Of a stretch of 64,000 nt of DNA, positions 55,950-64,000 are shown piece by piece (within the stretch, counting starts at the first letter, position 1; every line of letters begins with the position of its first letter). This DNA is from Eledone cirrhosa (taxonomy: Eukaryota), in assembly GCA_964016885.1 (NCBI GenBank), contig OZ024743.1, forward strand, positions 232,376,001 through 232,440,000, read 5' to 3'. The notes beneath the pieces are model-generated. The model was not told where the DNA came from. It saw nothing but the letters and a program-made list of their open reading frames with translations, and ran no database searches. Made by a program: the position numbers and the translations under genes.

Positions 55950-58935
55950 TAAACAATTGAAAATTTCCCTCAACGAAAATTTCCCTCAACGAAATCTTCC
56001 AGAGAGAAATTAATTCATGCTGATCGTATTAAAACGACAATATTAAAAAAAAGAAGAAATAATGAAACGTGTTATTAAGGAAATAGGGGATGAATATTTA
56101 CGACGGATAAAAACCCCAACATTTTGGCAAATCAACGCCTGTTTAACAAGAACAAAACACCACTAAAAATACCATCATATATAACTAATATAGAAAAAAG
56201 ATTGTTGACTTACGAAAAACCATAGGATATGTGACAATGCTCCTTACATGCCATCAAACACAAAAAACCTCACTCCTCACGCAACAAAGAGTGAAAAATT
56301 AAATAGAGACGATGTTTGGTAACAGTAGAACCAGAACTCTCCAATATAAGCTGATCACCCTCAAACAACAATTGAGAGCTGTTAGCGAAAAACGCCGATA
56401 CCTGAAGAAGGTAGATGAAAGAAAAGTGCTTAATAAAAGAAACCAAATATCAGTATATAGAGATATGAATGGCAAAATAATAAGTGTCACTGAGGCCCCA
56501 TCCCAGAAAGACATGGATTCCTTTTGGGGAAAAATATGGGATGAAAAGAAGAATTTCAGCCAAGATGCAGTGTGACTAAAAGAAATCTGAAAGAACTATT
56601 GCTCCTACACTACAACAAAACATACGAAATAAGTGAGGGTACCCTTGAGACTGTGATAGGAAAACTCCAAGATAAGAAAACACCAGGAAGAGACATGATT
56701 GTCGGCTACTGGTACAAAAACCTGATATTCTATCGGAGGTTTCTTACTGACCTCTACCAAAAACTTCTTAAGGGAGATACACTTATACCAGAATGGTTGA
56801 CATTAGCACAAACATTACTGGTCCCCAAGAACAAAGACACCCACTTGGCAAAAAACTACCGACCCATTGCATGCCAGCACCTGATGTATAAGATATATAC
56901 AGCCTGTCTGAACCTATTCCTCCAAGATCACTGTGAAAATAATAACATCATCACAGATGAACAAGCAGCTGGAAAGAAAAGTGTTTGGGGGGTGTGCTGA
57001 ACAACTCCTAATCAAGAAAACTGCGATGTCGGAGGTGCGATAACTTAGCGGGAATATGGCTACAGTCTGGCTGACCTACAGGAAACCTTTCCAATCTGTT
57101 CCGCCCTCTCGGATGATAGAGGCCCTCCGACTTGCTAAAGTCCCAGAAATTATTGTCAGAGCCATGGAGATGCTGTCTTCTGCTTGGGCTACTATCCTAA
57201 GGTTAAAGACAGAGAGGTAGGACTCTATTTTCACTGATAAAATAAAATATTGCAGGGGTATATTTCAGGGGGACAGTCTCTCTGTGATATTATTCATCTT
57301 GTCATTAAACCCCTAAGACTTTTCTGCTCAAGAAATGTGAGGGATACATCATTGGCTCACAGGAGGACAGAAATAAGAACCTAAACCATAATTTCTTTGT
57401 AGACGATCTGAAACTCTATGCCAAGAACATGGATGGGATGAAGAAACATCTTGACCTGGTTACAACGTTCTCAAAGGATATAGGAATGGAGTTTAGCCAA
57501 GATGAATGCTTATACATGACTGTAAAGCGGGGAAAAACAACAACCCAAACTAGCAACATTGTCATCAATGGCCTAACTATTTCCCCGATATCTGATGAGG
57601 ACTGCTACAGATACCTGGGGATAGATGAGAACATATCCTATAATGGTATCTGTAATAAGGAACACGTAACCAGGGAATACTACACCTGATTAAGAAAGAT
57701 CTGGTCATCGGAACTCTCTGCGCAAAACAAAACAGTGGCTCACCTGTTTGCTGTGCCTGTCCTAACACCAACGTTTGGAATACTCAATTGGACGATAGAC
57801 GAAATCCGAGCAGTTGATGTTGGAACTCGAAAAATACTAAACAACACCGGAAACTTCACATCAACAGTGACATAAACCGCCTTTACCTGAAACGTAAGCA
57901 GGGTGGCAGAGGCCTAACATCAGTCCAGGCAACATTTGAATGTCGCATCATATCTCTCCGACAACATCTACGAGCCTCGAAGCGTAGGAGCCCGTTTCTC
58001 GAGCTATTCTATCTGCATGAAACAGATAAGATCATGAGATATTCCCTGTGTGATAATCAAAAATTCACACTCAGAGAAGTCGCTCAGCAGTGTCGCAATG
58101 AATCCATGGATGAAAAACTGCATACTTATCAGCAAAAAATCATGCATGGATATGTTGCCGGGAAGCTCCAGAGTGAGAGTAATATAGATAAAGAAAGTAG
58201 TCTATCTTGGACCAAAACCGCTATATTGGCTCCCACTTTGAAGGATACGCTTTTGCAATCCAAGAACAGGAGATTAGCACGAAATACCTGATTCACAAAA
58301 GAGATAGGGATGCAGGCAAAACACCTCGATGTGATAACAAGTGTAGACTCTGCAGAACTAACATCAAGGAAATCACCCATGTCATCAGCAGCTGTCCAAA
58401 GATGTCATCGCGGTAATATCTACCTATGAGGCATGATATAGTAGCCAAAACACTGTACAATGGAGTTCGAAAAAAAAATAGCCCCGAAAATAAACACATT
58501 AAAAGCTACAGCAATGTGGAAGACATCAATGTACATAATATGAAAGAGTACTGGTGGAATGTTCCAGTAAAAACCCCAATAAAATGCAGGCATAACAGAC
58601 CAAATATTATATGGGACAGGGAGAAGAAATCATGCACAGTAGTGGAAATTAGCTACCCAGTAGATGCCAATATATTAGCAAAGATCAGTGAAAAGGAGAA
58701 TATTTATGCAGAACTGATGAGAAATCTGCTGATACTCCACACTGATTACACTTCAGATTTATGCCTGTGATTATTGGGGCACTGGGATATGTTAGTAACT
58801 GCCTCAATACAAATCTTGAGAAGCTAGGCACAGGAACAGAAAGAACACAATTAGTTTGGAAACTACATGTACAATCCATTAATGGAACAGTAAAAATATG
58901 TAAAACATTCCAAAAACTGTGCATCTAATAACTGC
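55950..58935 (+). mobile_element. R4/Dong-like non-LTR retrotransposon (RT + CCHC + restriction-like endonuclease), pseudogenised
   Basis: KTPGRD..GYWYK, NYRPIAC, GIFQGDSLS, FFVDDLKLY, YRYLG, CRLC...THVISSC, RHD, RPNII..DREKK..VVEISYP. Confidence 0.9.
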
Positions 58936-59199
58936 ATATACACATGTACAGATGCAAAGCATATACACATGCACACATACAACTCAAAACATCCACATCC
59001 ACACATACAATAACATCCATATCTACACATGCATGCATACATGCATATCTACCTAGTTGATATTGTGTAAATTCCAATGAGAGTCTTGTGTCTATGTTAG
59101 AAACCGACTCTCTCTCTCTATTAGTAAAACTTTGTGAAATTATAAAACCAGAACATACATACATACATACATACATACATACATACATACATACATACA

Positions 59200-59233
<34 letters not shown>

Positions 59234-59879
59234 CATACATACATACATACATACACATACACATTATAGCTTTCCAACAAAGCAGAGCTATAAACAAGCA
59301 TATATTTATTCGTAAATTTGCCTTTGCATATGTAAATTTATCAAAATGAAATAAACATGTGTGCATATGTGTGTCTGTGTATGCATGCGTGTGTGTGTGT
59401 GCATATGTGTGTGCGTGTGCATGTGTGTGTGTGCAAATGTGTGTGTGTACGTATGTAAATATTTGTGTTTTTTCGATATCTTCCCGTTTAAATCAGAAAA
59501 TGATGCATTTATCTTCTTCAATAATATATTCATCATTTTATAGAGAAGTACACAGAATGCCTATAGAATGAGCAAAAAATACAACTTCGTTTGCTTTGTT
59601 TTCCACAACGTATTTAATATTCAGAACTCGATGCTCCTTATTTACTATTGTTTTCTCTACATAGAACAGGTGGACTGCTGTGTTACTCTTGTCGCTTATA
59701 TATTCCCATTGTTGCTCTGGAATGAAATGGGATGGTCCTACAAATATTTCGACGATGATTTATCTGGTTTATCGATCAACAAAAAAGTCTATCTGTGAGA
59801 TTAAATTCATCGTCAACTGATGAAGTGAGCGTTCCTCAGACAAAGCTGTCTGATGAATATATATATATATATATATAAG

Positions 59880-60036
<157 letters not shown>

Positions 60037-60056
60037 ATATATATATATATAGAGAG

Positions 60057-60744
60057 AGAGAATTTAGTATATCTACTAACATATGCGTACAGATGTACGC
60101 TCATGCTAGCAAATACACAGGTTATGTGATAGTACCTAGGTGGTTCAATGCAGGAGGATGCAGAACAATAATATAAAAGACGTAAAATAAGAACATTTTA
60201 AAAAATTAACTTACTTACTAAAATTTTCACTCCAACTAATTAGTTTCTGCAATGGGATAAAGACAGTTACGTAATAAACTGTCGAGAATTCATTGCGTCA
60301 TCAGGGAGTCTATTCTCAGCTAAGTCTCCAGGCAATGCGCGGACACTGGGGACTCATATAAAAATAATAATAATTCGGTAAATGGAACAGCTAGCGGGGA
60401 CTGGATTCCATGCACTGAAAATCTCGCTGTCACTGGTCAAATGGCAGATTCTAAAGAATCAATCACATGACACTGAGGCTAGTCGGTAGGAGTGGGATGG
60501 TAAGATGACAGAAGCCTACTAAGACACCAATAAATTAGTAGTGGTTTTGGCAGGTTTGCACGACAAATAAATAATTTGGAGATAAATATAGAGAATTTAG
60601 TATATCTACTAACATATGCGTACAGATGTACGCTAATGCTAGCAAATACACAGGTTATGTCATAGTACCTAGGTGGTTCAATGCAGGAGGATGCAGAACA
60701 ATAATATAAAAGACGTAAAATAAGAAAATTTTAAAAAATTAACT

Positions 60745-60747
<3 letters not shown>
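60057..60747 (-). mobile_element. Non-coding 1.3-mer of a 533-bp unit (terminal direct repeats) with hammerhead family J
   Basis: 60057-60214 is repeated at 60590-60747; flanked by (GA)n and (TA)n. Confidence 0.88.
60229..60309 (-). ncRNA. Type I hammerhead, family J, extended stem II
   Basis: Reverse complement ACTCC-CTGATGA-cGCAATG[..GACAGTT tattacgt AACTGTC..]CATTGCa-GAAA-CTAATTAG-TT|GGAGT. Confidence 0.85.
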
Positions 60748-60777
<30 letters not shown>

Positions 60778-60784
<7 letters not shown>

Positions 60785-61107
60785 AACAAAAGATGGTTAA
60801 AGGAGTTCCATGTATTTTATTATGCGCATTTCAAAAACAAATATCATCATGCAATAATATTTGTGTTTTCATCAGATAAAACAGGAGGACATGATATGAA
60901 GGCTAAAAAACACTTCTGGATAGTTCAGTTTTAAATCAACATATCATATGTTGATTTAAAACTGAACTATCCACAAGTGTTTTTTAGCCTTCATATCATG
61001 TCCTCCTGTTTTATCTGATGAAAACACAAATATTATTGCATGATGATATTTGTTTTTGAAATGCGCATAATAAAATACATGGAACTCCTTTAACCATCTT
61101 TTGTTCT

Positions 61108-61112
<5 letters not shown>
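60778..61112. repeat. Palindrome with two family K hammerheads (60813-60883 -, 61007-61077 +)
   Basis: TGTTTTAT-CTGATGA-AAACACAAATATTA..TGATATTTGTTTTT-GAAA-TGCGCA-TA|ATAAAATA; arms nearly perfect; apex tcaacatatcatatgttga. Confidence 0.93.
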
Positions 61113-61152
<40 letters not shown>

Positions 61153-61460
61153 CCGTTTCGACAGCTATTTCTGGAAATAGTCGTGGAAACGGCTTGAGCC
61201 CTGCTATCGCTGTCAAATATTTTCCGACATATATATATATGAAAACGTATGACCGCGACGACAGAGTTCAAGCCGTTTCGACGGCTATTTCTGTACTAAA
61301 TAGTCCAGAAATAGGCGTCGAATTAGCCAGAAATAGCCGTCCAAACGGCTTGACCTCAGCCGCCGGGGTTATACTTTTTCCTATTACCCACTCTACTACC
61401 CTAAGTATTGAGTACTCTGGTGCGTTATGGTCCATCTGGTTCCTTATCACAATTCCTTCG

Positions 61461-61564
<104 letters not shown>

Positions 61565-61810
61565 ATATTAAATAAATGGAAACTATATTTATAAAACCAT
61601 ATTTATTCTATTATATATATTTCAAGGGTACCAAAGTTTTGTTACCCTTGAAATACATATAATAGAATAAATATGGTTTTATAAATATAGTTTCATTTAT
61701 TTAATATGATTGAATATTATACTACAGAAAACTTGTTGAGCGCTTTGAATCAGCTATAAACATTTACATTTGTTGAATTATCAACAAATTAAATATCCCT
61801 TTTGCCTATA
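61565..61810. mobile_element. Family G-related pLTR fragment folded back inside hammerhead stem II
   Basis: Palindrome 61565-61707 centred on ttcaagggtaccaaagttttgttacccttgaa; the right side continues like 40690-40850. Confidence 0.82.
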
Positions 61811-62107
61811 TATATACATGGGGAGAGAGATAGTGATGTTCATACTTGGAAAATAAAGATGGTGTTAGTAGAAATATAAGCATATACATATTGAAGCTAA
61901 TGCCGACATTGTTATTTAATGACAATATCATATAGCTGAAGCAGGGTTACTAAAGAATACACTAGACTGTGTCTAATAACAACCACTAAGAAAATTTTCT
62001 AAGTCGTCATGTAACATGTAAGAAAACAATACAAAATTGATAATACATAGGAATATGGAAATGTGGAAATATATATATATATATATATGTGTGTGTGGGG
62101 GGGGGGG

Positions 62108-62145
<38 letters not shown>

Positions 62146-62185
62146 CATATATATTATAAAATATATATACATATATATACACGTG

Positions 62186-62219
<34 letters not shown>

Positions 62220-62283
62220 CATAATATTATATATATATACATATATATACATATATATATATTTATATACATATACATATATA

Positions 62284-62367
<84 letters not shown>

Positions 62368-62371
<4 letters not shown>

Positions 62372-63020
62372 TGAAGAATGGCGTGCTGCGTTGTTGCGGA
62401 CGTAAACATATGAATAAAAGTAGACCAAGAGATAAAATGTCCTCATCAGTAGTCTGCTGATTATCGTTGGTATTTCGACGCATTAAAGACTAGATACTTA
62501 AAATCAGTGCGAGCGATAACTCAATTAAGTTATCGGGACAGTGGGAAAACACAGGGAGGAAACAAACACATGGTACTAATTCAACGTAAAGAGAGGAAAA
62601 CAGTGACAAGTCAATGAATCCTGTGGGCTTAAGTCCGACAAATCAAATTGACGAGGAGAAATAGACACGTCCGAGCCGCGAGAAGATTGAGAGAGGAAAG
62701 AAATTCAAGCAGGTCAGACGGGAGGAAGTGAGAGAGCGGGAGAATAAGAGAGGGAATGAGTGAAAGTGTGAGGAAGAGGCCAGCCAACAGTGAGTGACCA
62801 GCAGCGGGAGTAGAGGAAGGCAAGAGGTGAAGGCGAGAGAAAAGGTGATAGCTGTAAGGTGACAGAAAAAATACAAACCACAGCGAAGGAAAAAAATATG
62901 TGAATGAAGAATGGCGTGTTGCGTTGTTGCGTATATGAACATAAGAATAAAAATAGACCAAGAGATAAAATGACCTCATCAGTAGTCTGCTGATGATCGT
63001 TGGTATTTCGACGCATTAAA
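62368..63020 (-). mobile_element. Second copy of the 30.8-kb direct-repeat element (period 533 bp)
   Basis: 62368-62486 is repeated at 62901-63020; the internal part is homologous to 30900-31265. Confidence 0.87.
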
Positions 63021-63077
63021 TATATATATATATAAATATATATATAAATATATACATATACATATATCTATCTATAC

Positions 63078-63157
<80 letters not shown>

Positions 63158-63245
63158 GTAGGAGGTGAGTTTTATTGTAGTACTATAAAGCAATGCAGAT
63201 ATCGGATAAGAAGCACTCTACAGTTTGTAGGACGGGAGTATACAT

Positions 63246-63585
63246 AATATATAAGATCAAAAGATGGTTAAAAGAGTTCCATGTATTTTATTATGCGCAT
63301 TTCAAAAACAAATATCATCATGCAATAACATTTGTATTTTCATCAGATAAAATAGGAAGACATGATATGAAGGTTAAAAAACACTTGTGAATAGTGCAGT
63401 TTTAAATCAACATGATATGTTGATATAAAACTGCACTATTCACAAGTGTTTATTAACCTTCATATCATGTCTTCCTATTTTATCTGATGAAAACACAAAT
63501 GTTATTGCATGATGATATTTGTTTTTGAAATGCGCATAATAAAATACATGGAACTCTTTTAACCATCTTTTGATCTTATATATTA
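63246..63585. repeat. Second family K palindrome (hammerheads 63284-63354 -, 63476-63546 +)
   Basis: Same structure as 60778-61112 with copy-specific substitutions. Confidence 0.93.

Positions 63586-64000
<415 letters not shown>

Noticed and set aside
59655-59820. Possible host exon (polypyrimidine-AG, hydrophobic peptide RWTAVLLLSLIYSHCC, gtgag)
   Set aside because: No recognisable homology, no partner exons, and it overlaps a hammerhead-like repeat relic.

Overview
Eukaryotic, very AT- and microsatellite-rich, gene-free-looking DNA. The (TA)n/(CA)n/(TACA)n load, the tRNA-derived Deu/Nin-type SINE and the LINE mix suggest an octopus-like mollusc genome (inference). No host protein gene is supportable; almost all 'YIYI/CVCV' ORFs are microsatellite artefacts. 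The window is a mosaic of decayed retroelements: five Penelope-like (RT + GIY-YIG) copies or fragments, two copies of an RTE LINE with three C-terminal C2H2 fingers, one L1/Tx1 LINE, one R4/Dong-type RLE element, about 10 SINEs, and hAT-, pogo- and Helitron-type non-autonomous elements. The main signal is not in the ORF track. Many short non-coding islands between (TA)n runs carry a type I hammerhead ribozyme (stem I-CUGANGA-stem II-GAAA-stem III-UH-stem I). I read about 25 motifs by eye, in roughly 10 sequence families. Most have a self-complementary stem III whose sequence differs between families. They occur in Penelope pLTRs, in ~400-530 bp head-to-tail retrozyme-like repeats, and in fold-back palindromes whose apex lies in or beside the ribozyme. 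Coordinates and pairings were read by eye; no folding or database search was run.
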